DNA of 64,000 nucleotides from Eukaryota sp. GEM-RC1 (lineage: Eukaryota): positions 1,984,001-2,048,000 of the forward strand of contig JAUFOQ010000001.1 in the NCBI GenBank assembly GCA_040285855.1, in the 5' to 3' direction. Shown one piece after another: positions 26,301-39,804 of the stretch; the first letter of the stretch is position 1; every line of letters begins with the position of its first letter. Position numbers and translations under genes: made by a program. Below the pieces are notes generated by a model that was given only the letters and a program-made list of their open reading frames with translations, was not told the origin of the DNA and searched no databases.

Positions 26301-26635
26301 ATTGATAGATGTACTTCTTCCAAGTCACGAACACTAATATACTGTGGTTCTTCTTCCATCTTAATCTTAACATACGAGTTGTACTGCTCTATTGTCAGCT
26401 TGGGAGTAAGTCTGACAAAAAGTAGGTCTTGATTCATTAATCATTTCTGTATAGAAATGCACCAGAACTAAGAGGCTTCCATTTAATTTAGCAAGTAGTT
26501 CGTGATTGACTACAACTCCTGTCTCTGGGATCCGGATTTCGTGTTTCAGGACTTGTACATCAAAGTGTGATTGAAGAAATAGTGCACTATTTTAATTATT
26601 TAAAAGTCCGTTATTTTGTGAAGTCGGGTCCTTAA

Positions 26636-27038
26636 TCAGTCTAAGGAATACTTTCTTAACGTCAACATAAACGTCAGCATAAACGATTGAGATGGTGGCG
26701 ATTGAGCAATTGAATATTCACAATAGATGCATAAAGTGCAAAATACAACATTTCGTTCTTTATTACTTTCGAACTTATCCCATACACGAGAGCGACTTTT
26801 TATGGTGCGAGTTTCTTTCATAGGAGAGGACTCAGTTGTTAGAGTAGTAGAGTGTGTTCTTTACTACTAGTAAAACGATTAATGTACAATTACAACAGTA
26901 ACAGTCTATCACTGTTTTATTCGCCATGATTGATTTCAGAAAACGGATATCCGAATTCCATCTGAATCCGAACATCAGGATGTAAATCCGATCCGTTCCG
27001 AAATCTGAAATGCAATCTGATCCGAACGCCCAGTGCTA
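26636..27038 (-). mobile_element. hAT 5' end with a BED zinc-finger start
   Basis: Terminus TAGCACTGGGCGTTCGGATC on the minus strand from 27038; ATCCGA subterminal repeats; ORF SRVWDKF...VFCTLC. Confidence 0.65.
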
Positions 27039-27786
27039 CAAGTTACAATTTATGTTTAAATTTGAACCACAAATACACTTTACATTATATATGTTAGATT
27101 ATATAGCTGAAATTTGATAACTGTTATGTGGTGGTGAATGAGAAAGCAGAAACAACTTTGCCGAATTTAATTGGTCAATGTTTCAACGATTTGAGTTGAG
27201 CCAATCAATGTTTCATACTGATGGAATTGTCCAGTTACTCGTTGTTTTTGGTAATGTTTTGAAAGACTATTACCGTTCTGAAGTGAAATAAAGAAAGACC
27301 GAGAAGAGGTAGAGAAAATAACCAAGTTTCGAAGAGGGGGAATTTTTGTATCCAGGCCCTACATGTTGTTTAGTTCCTTTCTGATCAACTTTATTCGGTA
27401 CCCACAAACGAAGACTTTGTCGTGTTGGTATTTAGTATTTTTAGTTAGTTTTATATTGTAGTTGTATCTTTTATGTTTCTAAATATATTGTACCAAAATA
27501 GCCAAAAATGAATATCATTAAAACAACACTAGTCGGTATTAAATTTTACAACAGCTTAGTCCTGAACATAAAACTCACAGCTAGAAAAGCTTTGGAAGTG
27601 ATTAGCTGAATTGTTTTAAAACAGTAAATACGATACGATTCGACCATAACAATCTTTTCTCTACGTTTACCAATAAATTGGTTAAGTTTTTCGTCATTTC
27701 AATTATTTAATTCTAAAGCTTTTAAAAGTGGATCTGAAGAAAATCTGTATATATGTGTATATGTAGATCTGAACTACGGTCACAAG

Positions 27787-28446
27787 CAGGGATGTTCAAA
27801 AATAATTGCAGAATGCAATTATTGCAATACTCTGCAATACAGTATTGTAATAATGTATTGCAACACGATGGAGTATTGCAATTATTTATTGCATAATTGT
27901 GTCTATTTTAGAGCAAATAAACTAACATATCAATTCAATAAAAATACAAATAATTCCTTTATTAAAACTCCAAAAGAACACAATGACTAATGTTTAAGAA
28001 AAATCAACAGAATACAGTCTTATGCTAACTTGAACCGTTAACAAGATCAATCTTTTGTACAGTTACCATTTCTTTCACAGAGTTCAGATTCCAATTACTT
28101 CGATTGATTGACAAGATTAGCTGAGCTTCAAGTCTTTCATGAATAAGAGCCATTCGTGATAATCATTTTGTATTCTAACACGACTTTGCCTTTTGTCCGG
28201 AAGTAAAACGGGGCATAGGGTAACTATTGAGGACAAAAGTGCCCAGAGAAAGATTAGAACAGTGTTAGGGGTAAGGATATTGGGGCTAAACGTATTATTC
28301 TACCTCCACAACTGTGTATTGTTAAATTTTGAGTATTGGAATAATGTATTGTAGAAACAATGTGTATTGCAGAATCATTGTGTATTGCAATATTATAGTG
28401 TATTGTGAATCAATTTTTAGTTGCAATATATTTTTGAACATCCCTG
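27787..28446. mobile_element. hAT-type MITE
   Basis: TIR CAGGGATGTTCAAAAATA; 8-bp TSD GTCACAAG at 27779-27786 and 28447-28454; TATTGCAA subterminal repeats. Confidence 0.9.
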
Positions 28447-28600
28447 GTCACAAGTATAGAAAAAGTATTGATGGTAACGGGAGTAGAAGTAGTCTACAAC
28501 TATACATGTAGTATTTGTTCCTATATTCGAGTTACCTCAACACGTGTTGGCCCAGCACGTGTTGAATGGGGTTTTCGAGAAGTTCAACACGTGTTGGATA

Positions 28601-29477
28601 CAGAGCTTTCCATTATTGGTATTGCAATACATTGGTGTTGATTTTCGACCTTCAATAAATTATTGATATTGATCAATATATTGCAATATATTGATTTGAG
28701 ATGACGATGCTAATTATCAGTGTAATCCACTGTGTCATTCTCCCGAGTTCATAAATATATATGTTCAGCATTCAATCACTGTATAACAACTTCAATAGTT
28801 AACAAAATAATAATACACTAGTCTATATGTACAACTTCTTGGTTCTCTTCTTCCACGAGTATTAAGTATTTCAATCGATCAAGGTCCTTTTAGAGGTATT
28901 TGTATCTCATTTGTTAATATTGATGATAGTTTGTCTTTGTAAGAGTAAAATATAGGCGTTTTTTTAGGTCCCTGATAGAATCTGCATTCCATAAATTGTT
29001 GTTAATTCGAAGAATTAACTCCACATTCAAATGTTTCTTGGAAAAACTGTGTCTAGTATATCCAATAGCGAGTTTAGCCATAGAAAGAGCCTTTCTGACT
29101 GATTTGAGGTTACTGGAATCCAATCACACTTTGAGCCACTCTGCTTTCTTTCTTCTTCTAACTCTTTTACTCCCTCATCGAACTTTTTGTTCTTTCCAGC
29201 TTCCTGATTGTTTTGGTTCTGCGGTTCACAAACCAAATTGACAGCAAAATTATGCGTTTATACAATGTCAAGTATCAGTTCAGTTTACATTTTGTTGATA
29301 ACAGCAGGTCATGTTTTGACAGTTGTTGCTCAATTGAGAGTAATTCTACTGATACGGGATCTGCAATCACAAAACAAGTAGTATCAATATATTGGTTTTG
29401 ATTTTGGACGATCAATTAATTATTGATACATTATTTATTGCAATATATTGAGATACATATATTTATGAAAAGCCCTG
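28601..29477 (-). mobile_element. Non-autonomous hAT element with a C-terminal transposase remnant
   Basis: TIR CAG(A/G)GCTTT(C/T)CAT; 8-bp TSD GTTGGATA at 28593-28600 and 29478-29485; remnant ALSMAKL...TRHSF...LILRINNNLW. Confidence 0.85.
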
Positions 29478-29695
29478 GTTGGATATGTCATTCTTATATG
29501 TCACTTCAATGAATTTGGGTAAATTTCTAGTGTTCTTGAGAAAACTGTATTGAATAAATGTAGAAAGTTCAAGTTTACTCCAAAGTGTACTTAAATGTAG
29601 GGATTATTGATGAGCTCTTCATGTTATCAGTTCTGGCATCATTGAAAATCAGTTCTAATGTATTAACTTGGTTCGGGTGTAGCATGAGTGAAAAG

Positions 29696-31005
29696 CAGGG
29701 ATCGAAAAAATATATTGCAATATATTTCTGGCAAAAAATATGTACAATAAATATATTGGAAAAAGTGATCATTGCAATAAATATATTGGAAAATGTGATA
29801 ATTGCAATAAATAATTGCAATATATTGCAATATTTTGGGTAAAATTTGGTCTGTGAAAATGTAGGAAAATGAGATGTTTTTGCTGAAATTTACTGACTGA
29901 CAATCAACCACTGGTTACCCCTTTCAGATACATGTATGAAGAACTGCTTCTTGACGAAACTAAAATGGTTTATTTAAGCAAAATACTTATTCTACGTGTA
30001 TGTCGAAGGACAAATTTAAGTTCTACGAGAACCAATGATGGTTCTAATGGTGTTTTCATCCCAATGCGACCTGTTATAGAGAAGAAACAGTTGTTTCTCC
30101 AAAGATTCTGCAGAAAGTCGAGTTCTTAAGCAACCACCTGATAACTTAGCTCTACTAAAAAGTCGCTCAAGGGCGTTTGATGTTGCTGGAATGAAAGCAA
30201 AATTAATGTAGTCAGACGATGATGGTGCATCTTTTATACTCTTAAGCTGGTTGGAAATTGAATTATCAGGGGAAGATGACATCTGAGGAGCTGAGATTGA
30301 AGTATCAGGGGAAGATGACAACCGAGGAGCTGATTCTAAAGGACGATCTTCTTTTAATAGACGACTTACAGAATTGCGCTCATGAATAGTAAGACATGAT
30401 TCATTACCTTCAGAGATCTTGATAATGGCGTTCTCAAAATGAGGGGAATGAACTATTGAACTTGGAGGGTTATACATGGTATAAGTGTTCATAGTAACAT
30501 ACTTAGCATGCAAAATAGAAAAGGCACTCTTTGACGCAGAAAGTGAAGTGCCGTCGTTCTGTAAAAATTTTGTAATACTGTCAAAATCGCCATAAGCGTC
30601 GGATAGTTGACGAACAAATACGTTGTCGTTGAAACAAAGAACGTACCTTCCAACGTCGGGACCAAAATGGTCGTAAATTTGGAGCTCAAGATATTTTAAG
30701 TGACGCCTAATCATAGATATAGCTGAAGACCAGCGGGTCGCATTCCTCTTCAACGGACGAAGTTCAGTGAGGTTACGTAGAATTAAGGAATTTTTAACGT
30801 GTCGAAGCTCACGGAAAAGTAAATCCAACTTTTTAAGTACGTTGTCTGCTTCATCGGAGTAATGTTTAACCTCTAAGGCCATCCTGTGTGATGCACATCC
30901 GATAAAAGATATTTCCAATAGATCGGCCAGACGTGTGTTCGTCGAACAGTTGTCCCTGACTAGGAAAAGCAAATGACTCCTGTTTCGATCAACTGCGGTA
31001 AGTGA
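29696..31005 (-). mobile_element. 3' half of a hAT transposon (transposase C-terminal ORF at 30016-30972)
   Basis: TIR-like CAGGGATCGAAAAAATA at 29696 with TATTGCAATA repeats; FLVRDNCSTN, IGCASHR, NATRWSS, IPATSNALERLFS; 5' part replaced by gypsy integrase sequence. Confidence 0.85.
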
Positions 31006-34000
31006 TCATCCAGAGTACAGTTCTGGATTACTTGGAGATGGAGTTGTCTAGGGTCAGTTTTCGAACCAAAGATAAGCTCGCAGGGAGTGAAATTAGTAAT
31101 TGAACTGGTTCTGGTGTTCAGGATCAGTTGGGTGATGGGTATGTATGTGCTCCAATTTGAGTGAGCTTGTAGGTCAATGAGCAGGCGGCGAAGGGTCTGG
31201 AGAACTTCACGGTGTCTTCTTTCTACTAGTCCATTTGACTGATGGAAGTAGGGAGTTGAAAACTTTTTCCAATGTTAAGAAATAAACATAAACTTTTGTT
31301 GACAGCGTTAGCGAATTCCGGGCCGTTGTCACTCAGGATTTGTGATGGGATCCCGTAGTTTCCGACTACATTCCAGAGAATGGAATACGCTACTTCTTGG
31401 GCGTTGAGTACTTTCAGGGGTACTAAAATGGAGAACCTGGACAAAGAGCACACAAATACTAAGATGTATTTGTAATCTTCTGAATCTGGGGAAAGCGGTC
31501 CAATCACGTCGGCATGTAAGCATTGGAAAGGGCGGTCTGACCAAAGATTTCCAGAAGAGGGAAGCTTTAGTTCCGGGGCAGGAGCGGTCTTTTGGCATGT
31601 GATACAGTTCTTTACGTGAGACTTCATATCGTAGAGGTAGTTAGGCCACCAGTAGTCGCTTCTCATTAGGGCAGAGACGGAGTCTTTCTTGGATGGGTGT
31701 CCTGCTCTAGTGGATCCATGAATAGTCAGCAGCAAATGTCTTTTCAGAGAATCAGGGATGACAAACTTCTTCTTCCTGTGATTCCAGGTGAGTACATAGA
31801 TTTTGTCGTTGGCTGTCATGGAGATAAGTTCTGTGTCGGTGGTCATGGTGATGTCGTTGTCTTTAGTTGCCTGTTCCTGTTCTTGGGATAGTAGTTTCAA
31901 CCAGTGGTTGAACACATGACTGGGATCGAGGATCTGCGTCCAAGAGGTCTCTTCGGGGAGATCACTGTCGGAGCTACTCAGGGGGTTGTGGGACAAGGGG
32001 TCAATAGTTAACCGTTCGGCGAACAGGTTGTCCTCATCGATTTCTGGTTCAATGGCTCGGGAGTCATCAAGGGTGGCAATCATGATGTCAAAGGGTCCTT
32101 CGTCGGGGTGAGCGGAATCAGTACAAGGGCTGTAGTATCCAGCGTTATCATGGATACCTACATGGTCAAAGTTCGGAGGAGCTAGGGGAATGTCGGTTCT
32201 AGGCTTAATACTAATATTAATTGGAGGGTTCCAGGGACCAGGTAGTTCGTTGCGCAGGTTGTCAACGAGCCGTGTATCCTTGGGCGATTCTCCGAGAAAT
32301 TGTTCGTACAGGTCATCTTCGTCTTCTGAAGAGACTGAAATAATAGCAGAGGTAGAGGCGGAGTTCGTGATTTTTAGGAATTCAGCGGTGTCGTGGATCA
32401 AATGTGGAAAAAGGCGGTAGCTAGCACCAATTGCTTCAATCGAGGGAAGGTCTTCAAGCATTGGGAATGCTCATCATCTACGATGACGATGGGAGACTCA
32501 TCAGAGCTGCTGAGATCTATATGATCTGGTACGTCAGTCATGTAAATACGAAATTCATCATCTGAGTCGGTGGATGGCAATTGGCACATGTGTCCATCAT
32601 CGTCGATGTAGAGACCATTTCCTCTTAGGTGATCATGGAAATAATGGTCTTCTATTTCGTTTTCAACTAGGGCTACAGCGGCATCTCTTTCCAGTTGCAA
32701 GCGGAGTTGTTCGTCAGCGGATTCTTTGATTTCGGCTTCTAGGGCGTTTATGTACTCCTGTTCTTGTTCATGAGCTTCCATGAAGGCGTCTTTTCTATCC
32801 CAGAAAAGCTGGACTTGCTCATCTCTGCTAAGTCCCTCACTATCCTTGATGAACCTTTGCATCATCTGCGTCGACGTTTGAAACGTTGCTCCAGAAGCCC
32901 TGTTTGAAACAGGTCCCGAGGGTTGATGAGAAGTCTGTGGAGAGGATAACCTACTATCCTCTGCCATCAAGTGTCTCCCCTCGACTGCATCCAGCACCGT
33001 AGACGAGCACATCAGAATGCTAGGGTTAACGGAAGAGGGTTCGGGGAAGCATCGAGAAAGCAAGTCAGCGAAGTGGTTGTCTTCACCAGCGGTATGGACA
33101 AGTTCGAATTCAAAGTTAGCAAGGATGTGGATCCATCGGGTGACGATCCTGTTCTTTTCGGGAGCTGAGATTAAATAAGATAAGTTTTTGTGGTCACAAA
33201 ATAACGTAAATCTTTTGGTTAAGAGGAAAGAAGATAATGGGGACAGAGTCAGGGTGGCCAGGATGGCGTATAACTCTTCCTGGATGGTAGGCCAATTTCT
33301 TTGGCTGTCTGTGAACTTCTTGCTGTAAAAGCAGAGAGGTCTGGTCTTCCTTTCGATAAGGGGGGTTCCAGTCGGGCAGTCTTTAATTTGTTCCCAAATA
33401 ATTCCGGAAAGGCCTACTTCAGAGGCGTCGGTGGAAATCAAAATGGTAGCCTTGGCGTCAGGCAGGTTCAAGGCTATGTTACTGGAAATTAGTTTTAAAA
33501 TTTCTTTGAAGCACGTTTCAGTTTCAGCGGTCCAGATTATCTTGTTAGTTTTTCTCAGAAGGTTGGAGATTGGTTCCAGAACAGAGGCTAGGTTGGGGAT
33601 CCAGTCTCTAATGAAATTGATGGATCCAACGAAACTTCTGACTTCCGATAGGGTCTTAGGTCTAGGAAGTGCGCAGATAGCTTGGATCCGATCTGGGCTG
33701 ATCGATCGTTGAAAATTTTGAAAAACGCTACCTTAAATCTCAATTTTGCTCTTGTAGGTGATAAAGTCGCATTTGCGGAGGCCAAATCTAACTCGTTTGT
33801 CACCAGCTTTCAAAAGGATTTTCCTGAGCTTAGAAAGTAGATTTGGGAAGTCATCAGAACATACAATTATATCGTCAATATAAATGAAAATGTCTTCATC
33901 AGCGAAGAAAGAGACCATTAAATTTTGAAAGAATGCTGGGACATTCTTCAGTCCAAAAGCAGTACGGGTAAAAGAAATAGAGCGTCCGGGAATAGATAGC

Positions 34001-36530
34001 GAAGCTTTCTTTACGTCATCTGGGTGAAGTTTGACTTGCCAGAAGGCTTTAGGTAAGTCAAGGGTAGCAATATATTTAGCCTTTGATAGGACAGGCAGGA
34101 TATCAGCGATTTTAGGCAAATTGGCTTCCAGAGTGAGAGAAAGATCATTGATTCCATTCTTGCCACTGAAATCTCCGGTCAAACGAGGGGCCTTGTCAGT
34201 GTAGGTCACTGAACAGATGGGTGAGGACCATTTGGTCTCTTTAGGTACGGCAAATTTCTTTTTAAGAAGGTCGTCAAATTCTTTGTTTGCAATTTCTAAT
34301 TTTTCGGGGCTGAGGTTCCTGGGGGCGGCTTACAATTTTGGATTCGTCTGCGAAGGGGATTCTCATCGGTTCACAGTCGATGGCTCCTGGGTGAGGCAAG
34401 TCACTAAAGACGTCACTGAATTCAGCAAGGAGGTCAATTAAAGCTTCTTTCTCGACGGGGGGAAGTTCTATTCTGGTTTTCTTCTGTTCAAGTTGTTGCT
34501 TAAATGAGTTAATTGGGGAACTAGGATTAGTAGCAAACACTTCAGGGGGGAGCAGTCATAAACTGGTCAAAAGCAGTTTCAGCAGAGATAAATCTTCGAT
34601 GTTCTTCGTCAAGTTTGATGTTCACACCGTTGGCATCCATAAGAACTAGTTTGGTCAGGATGTCACAACCGATTAAGAGCTGGTTTTGGCCTGGTAAGAT
34701 AGGCAGGGTGGACTTCAAGTGTACTTTCTTGGCTGGGCCTTCGAAGAGAAAAGTAAGGTAGCCACAAGCAAGGCCGGGGGAGTAAATTCTAGACTGGTTA
34801 GCTAGGAAGATTGGAATTTGTTTTTCAGAGATTTCCATGTTAGCATTTGAGGCAATGTCTTGAGTGATACAAGAAGTCTTAGCGGCAGTATCAATGGTAC
34901 CCATAGTAGGTACTCCATTGATTGTAAGATTGATTTTTAGGAAATCATTTCTGTTGGAGATTTTTGTTGAAGAGGGGGATGAAGTTGGATAAGTGGATAC
35001 TGCATTTACAGAATTACTCTGTGAATCATCAATCCCAAGGTCTACGGGGAGACAGAGGGAAATGTAATCCACGAATTCTGGAGCAGGTAAAGAGGTATCT
35101 ACTGCGTTAACTTGGCGTTGGTTAGAAGAGCGGGTATTGGGTCGACGATTAATGGTGGGTTCTCTTTGATTTCTGCGATGGACAGGCTGACTTCGTGGTT
35201 GGTCTCTTGGAACGCTTCGTGGGGGATTTTCACGAGCAGGGGGGTCTAGGAGAGCAATGTTGTTGGGCGGGATATTGAGGAGTGGATAAGGGGCGGTGAA
35301 ATCGACTCGCACGGTAGCTGGGATCTGGACAGTCGGCTTTGACATGTCAAGGCTCCTTGCAGTAAGCGCAAGTGAGGTGAGAAGAAGAGGAGTGAGAGGG
35401 TCTAGAGGAGCGAGGTTGAGTTCTGGGTTGGCGGTTAGTTGTTCGACTGGGAGCTGGTTGTTGAGGACGGGGTTCTTCAAGAGAATAGGAGAGTTGCATT
35501 GCTGCAAAGAGTTGGCGGGTGAGAGATAAGATTTCGTCGAGAGAAGTAATTCTTCCGTTTTTAAAATGAAGAGAAGACACGAGAAGAGACGGAAGAAGGA
35601 GTGATGCCCTTGATAAAGGAGGACATGAAGTGATCTTCTTTGAAAATCAGGTGGGAGATCTGTTTCTTAAGGTCTTAAAACCTTAGAACGTAGTCTGCTA
35701 AGCGCATGGAGGACTCTTTTATAGAGGGGTTCATACTGATCTTCGAAAGCAGGCGGTCGGCGAGAGCTTCATCATGAATGAGCGAGTTGGAGTAGATCCA
35801 CGCGAGAAGCTGTTCGTTGTCTTCCTCAGCTTCGGGGCAGAGGAGAGGAATAGCGGATAAAAGGCGTGGGCTAATAAAGCGTCGGATAACGGAGATAAGA
35901 GAGTTCATCTCTGGCGGGACAGAGACTTCGGATGGGTCGGGACAGAACTGTAGCATAGGGGAGCGAACAATTCTGGAGGGAGGTACAGCTTCAGCTAGTA
36001 CTGCTTCGTTACCTTCGTCTTCTGACTCGGTAGCGGACTCGAACTCTTCGACTTCGGCGACAGCAGGGCGGTACAATGCTTCGGAAGCCTGGAGGGCAGC
36101 GGCGTAAGCCTGGAGGTCATCCAGAAACTTACAAGACTCAAGACGGGAGGTTTCGTTCAGGAGAGGAGCTGAGAGTGAGTTGGTTGAATGGGGATTGCCC
36201 ACAGTAATTACTGTTGGTCTTTGTGCACTATAATGGGACATACTATGTAGAGGAGAACCTTTATAAGGAGAAGAACCTCTATAGATGTAAGGGGGAAGAT
36301 AAAAACCTAATATGAAATTACACAAATCTACAACTACAACAGTAAGATTAGACTTGTATCGTGTGGATGGATCAATGACATCATTGAGAATACTGTACAA
36401 CGAGAATCTTGAACGTTTACTACAGGCAGTTAGTTTGAGCTTAAGGAGATCATGGATCCCTGCTGATGGTAGTTTGGTAAACCTAGAATACTGCGAAATT
36501 TCGGCCGGGGAGCGTTCAAGGAAGAAGTAA
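31005..36530 (-). mobile_element. Decayed Ty3/gypsy LTR retrotransposon (gag-PR-RT-RNase H-insert-integrase), 3' truncated
   Basis: gag ATG 36241; knuckle CAYCKEP*HVKADC; protease IDTAA; RT LDLPKAFWQ, AFGLKN, YIDD; RNase H TDAS, ELYAI, NHFADLLSR; integrase GHP...CITCQK, HADVIGP, SDNGPEF, SNGLVER; several frameshifts; no paired LTRs seen. Confidence 0.92.
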
Positions 36531-37101
36531 GTATAAAAAGCACGAACTCGTATCAGAAGTTGTGTGACGAATAATTTCTTTAAAGTATACCTTTTGTAGA
36601 TTTGCTAGAGGATTAAATTGATCAACAATTGTCCGTCCTGTTAATTTTGGGAAAAAGTGATCCAACATATCCTTCACTTTGACTCAACAGCCATCCATGA
36701 TGTATACGAATACACACGATCGGGATAAACGTATTCACTAGTGATCCCAAAGTTCAAGTATTGAAACGCTTTTAATTTAAAATATTACACTTGGTAAATC
36801 TGTGAAATTTAAAAATCACTGCCAGTTTGGTCCTCAAAATCTTACATCACATGGCAAAAAATTAGACCTCAAATATTCTCAGTGTGACTATAATCCAAAC
36901 AGACAAGTTCGTAAATAACTGTTAGTTTAAGAGAAATGAAGTATTTATGAGAATCCTGGAAGTTTCTTCATTGAAATAGAGATTAGGCTGATGTTTGAAC
37001 ACCTTAAATGATTTAATAGCTGGGGATCAATTTCAAACGATGTCATGACCATTACAAACAAATTTATTTCTACAATGTATATGTACAAACTATGAATCCA
37101 T

Positions 37102-37420
37102 CTAGCAAAAATTGAACCATTTACAGGCTGCTCTTGTGCAATCGGAAGGACATGCACCTTGCAGGAGAGCATTGCAACCAGCATTACACGCTAAGATTAG
37201 AGATGTAGAAGTTGAACAAACCAGCCATAAATGTTCCTGTAGGAGAACAAGCGACAGCGCATCCGCTAGCTTCGGCAACACTATAAATAACACGGAGGAC
37301 ACGGGCGCAAGTATCACATTCAGCATTAGAAGCGTCAGTATTTTCATGTGGATAGACAGGAGTCTGCCATTCTGCGAACACTGCAGCAAAGAGAAGAGCT
37401 ATCAGGAGTGCTTTGAACAT
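37102..37420 (-). CDS. Secreted 95-aa 10-Cys saposin-like peptide, copy A; join 37222-37420 and 37102-37190
   Basis: Signal peptide MFKALLIALLFAAVFA; 31-nt intron GTTTGT...CTAATCTTAG at 37191-37221 joins the two ORF-track frames to give CDTC...GCAVACSPTGTFMAACNAGCNALLQGACPSDCTRAACKWFNFC*. Confidence 0.8.
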
Positions 37421-39804
37421 GAACAAAGAAGTTTTGATAAATCAACACTGTTTTATTGATAATCACGATCATCCATCATCAGTGTGCTTCTTTAAACAAC
37501 ACTTCTTTAAAAAACAGTACACTAGTCAAACATCCATGCGTAAATCATCCTAGTAGTGTTTTGACGAAGTATACTACTTCTCATTAGCCAGAAGCAGCAC
37601 TGCTCCTAAACAACAAACAGTCAGAACTGTGTTTCTTTCTCATGACTGTCTGTAATGGTCAGATCTCTTAAGCCACGTCAATACATCTTCTTCCCATGTC
37701 TCCTCTACAACTTTATCTGTCTCTTTCAAAAACAGGTACAATGTAGCTTGTGTACTGTTACTTTTACCCCTTCCAATCTCATTTCTACGATCCTACTCAT
37801 CTTACCTTTCTGACAATGTCTTTGTAACTCATGTACTCTCTCTGTATCATCTTATCGTGATAACAGACCTATCCTCTCCACTGCTATCTCAATAACTTCT
37901 TCAGAACGCCAGTGATTTGAGTCAAAGTTTTGTGACTTACCAGTTACATCGAACCTCATCTCAACACTAATCCTTCCTCTCTCACATCTTCCCTCTGCAA
38001 TTATTTCTAGGATCCCCTCCCCTCACATTACAATGTCTCTTCCTATTACTCTTCCAGCTCTTCCCAAGTGTTCCAGGGCCAGTTGTTTTTCCTCTGTTCA
38101 ATGAAATCCTGATCAAAAGTTGAATTGCTCTCACCCTGGATTGTGTTATGTACCTCAAACTGGACGATTGAAAGTTTATGGATCTGGATTCCATATAATG
38201 GCTTCGTCCCAAACTTCGGGATACCAGACTCGAGTATCTGTTTCTTGTGTAGAATTGTACTCGTAGGCTTTTTTCAATTCAGTGAATAAAACTAAGCAAA
38301 TGTATTTACCAAAAAGTTAGCTTCTTAATTAAGGCTTTTTAAAGATAAGGTTGGACAGGTCAAAGTCTTGTCCTTATCTTGATTTTTGACCTTTGTTTCA
38401 TCTCTTGATTTGTTACATTGAATGAATACATTGTCTGTTTTTTAGATGATTAGTTTATGTGAAGTTATTGCTTGTGCTTAAACTCAAAGAGATCAAACAG
38501 TACCGTTCAAAACCCGATTCTAATCATGAATTAAGACATTCTTTAAACATTAGCTGGGGTGTCTACTTTCACAAAGCATAGTAAATTTGTAAGTACAAAA
38601 CCAGCGAGGAAACAATCGTCATAATCAGAGTCAGATGAAAGTCGACTAACTTCTTTCTCTGATGAAGATTAGTTAGACATCTTCACTAGCATATGATGAA
38701 TACAAAGTTGTTCAGTTTTGATTATGATAGAATATACAGTTTTCTCAATCATTACTTCGTCCTTTTCTAAGATCAGTTTACCAGTGAAAGACACGTGTAG
38801 CAACTCAAATACAGAAGATGAAGGTGAATGAAGAAGCGAACTAGTGAGGGAGATTTCATTTACTGAGATCAAATGAATGGCCTGAATGTAATGAATTTAT
38901 AAACGATTCAAAAGTTGTAGCAATGATTGTGTTATCCAAAAGTTCTTGCTCTAGACAGTTGAGTCCACTAGTAGACAGTCTTAGTGCTGACGATCTAGCA
39001 TATTTTGATGAATCCTTTGTTTGTCCAAGAATAGCGGATTTTGTTTGATTCTGTGATGAATCCAAATTGGAACACGATTGTAAGTACTATGTGCAAGTTA
39101 ATCGATATCCTACATCAATGGTTGTCGGGACCGAACTTAACTCCTCTTTACCGTTATTTGATTGCAAATCACTCAGCACTTAATTCTAAAGATATTAATT
39201 GTTCCAAACTCTGCGATATTGACTTTTTACAACTACCAACTCTTCCTAACGATCCATGGAGATTGATCTTTGTACGTGTAATTGAAAGTTCTAGCTTGAA
39301 TGAAATTGAACTAGCTGCTGTTACAAAACATTTGGTGGGGACTTGTTTAACTAGACAGGATTTCCTTCCAATTCCTAGAAAGTTTTCACTATTTGACAAG
39401 TTTCCTAAAAGTTTGTTCTTTAAGGCCGATGATCCTCTTAAACTTTACTTCGGGACAACAGACCCTGGCATCTGTTTTTCGTGTAGAATTGTATTCTTAA
39501 TGTTTTTTGAATTTATGGAATATAAATAAATCATTGTCTTTACCACACAAATTGGCTTTACTTTAGTGCTATAATAATAAAGTGTCGCCAGTATGAATTT
39601 GGATGACAAATCTTGCCTATTAAAAAAGGGTCATACTAAAAGGACTACGGAAATACACTAGCACCATCTCAGAATCTCTCTTACCCACCCTACATTTGTT
39701 TATGATACACAGTACAGCTCTAAACTGTTACACAAATGAATGCAACATTGACCTGATGCACACAGTCTTACCCGTTTGTAGACGTCCTATATAATCTCGA
39801 AACA

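Noticed and set aside
36242..36540. 5' LTR and primer-binding site of the gypsy element
   Set aside because: There is no second LTR to compare and no clear TG...CA boundary followed by a TGG PBS, so it was not annotated separately.
38080..39530. Pair of diverged C-terminal gene fragments (…FGTTDPGICFSCRIV at about 39450 and a similar stretch at about 38215)
   Set aside because: The local similarity is real, but no family could be assigned and both pieces lack starts, so they were left unannotated.
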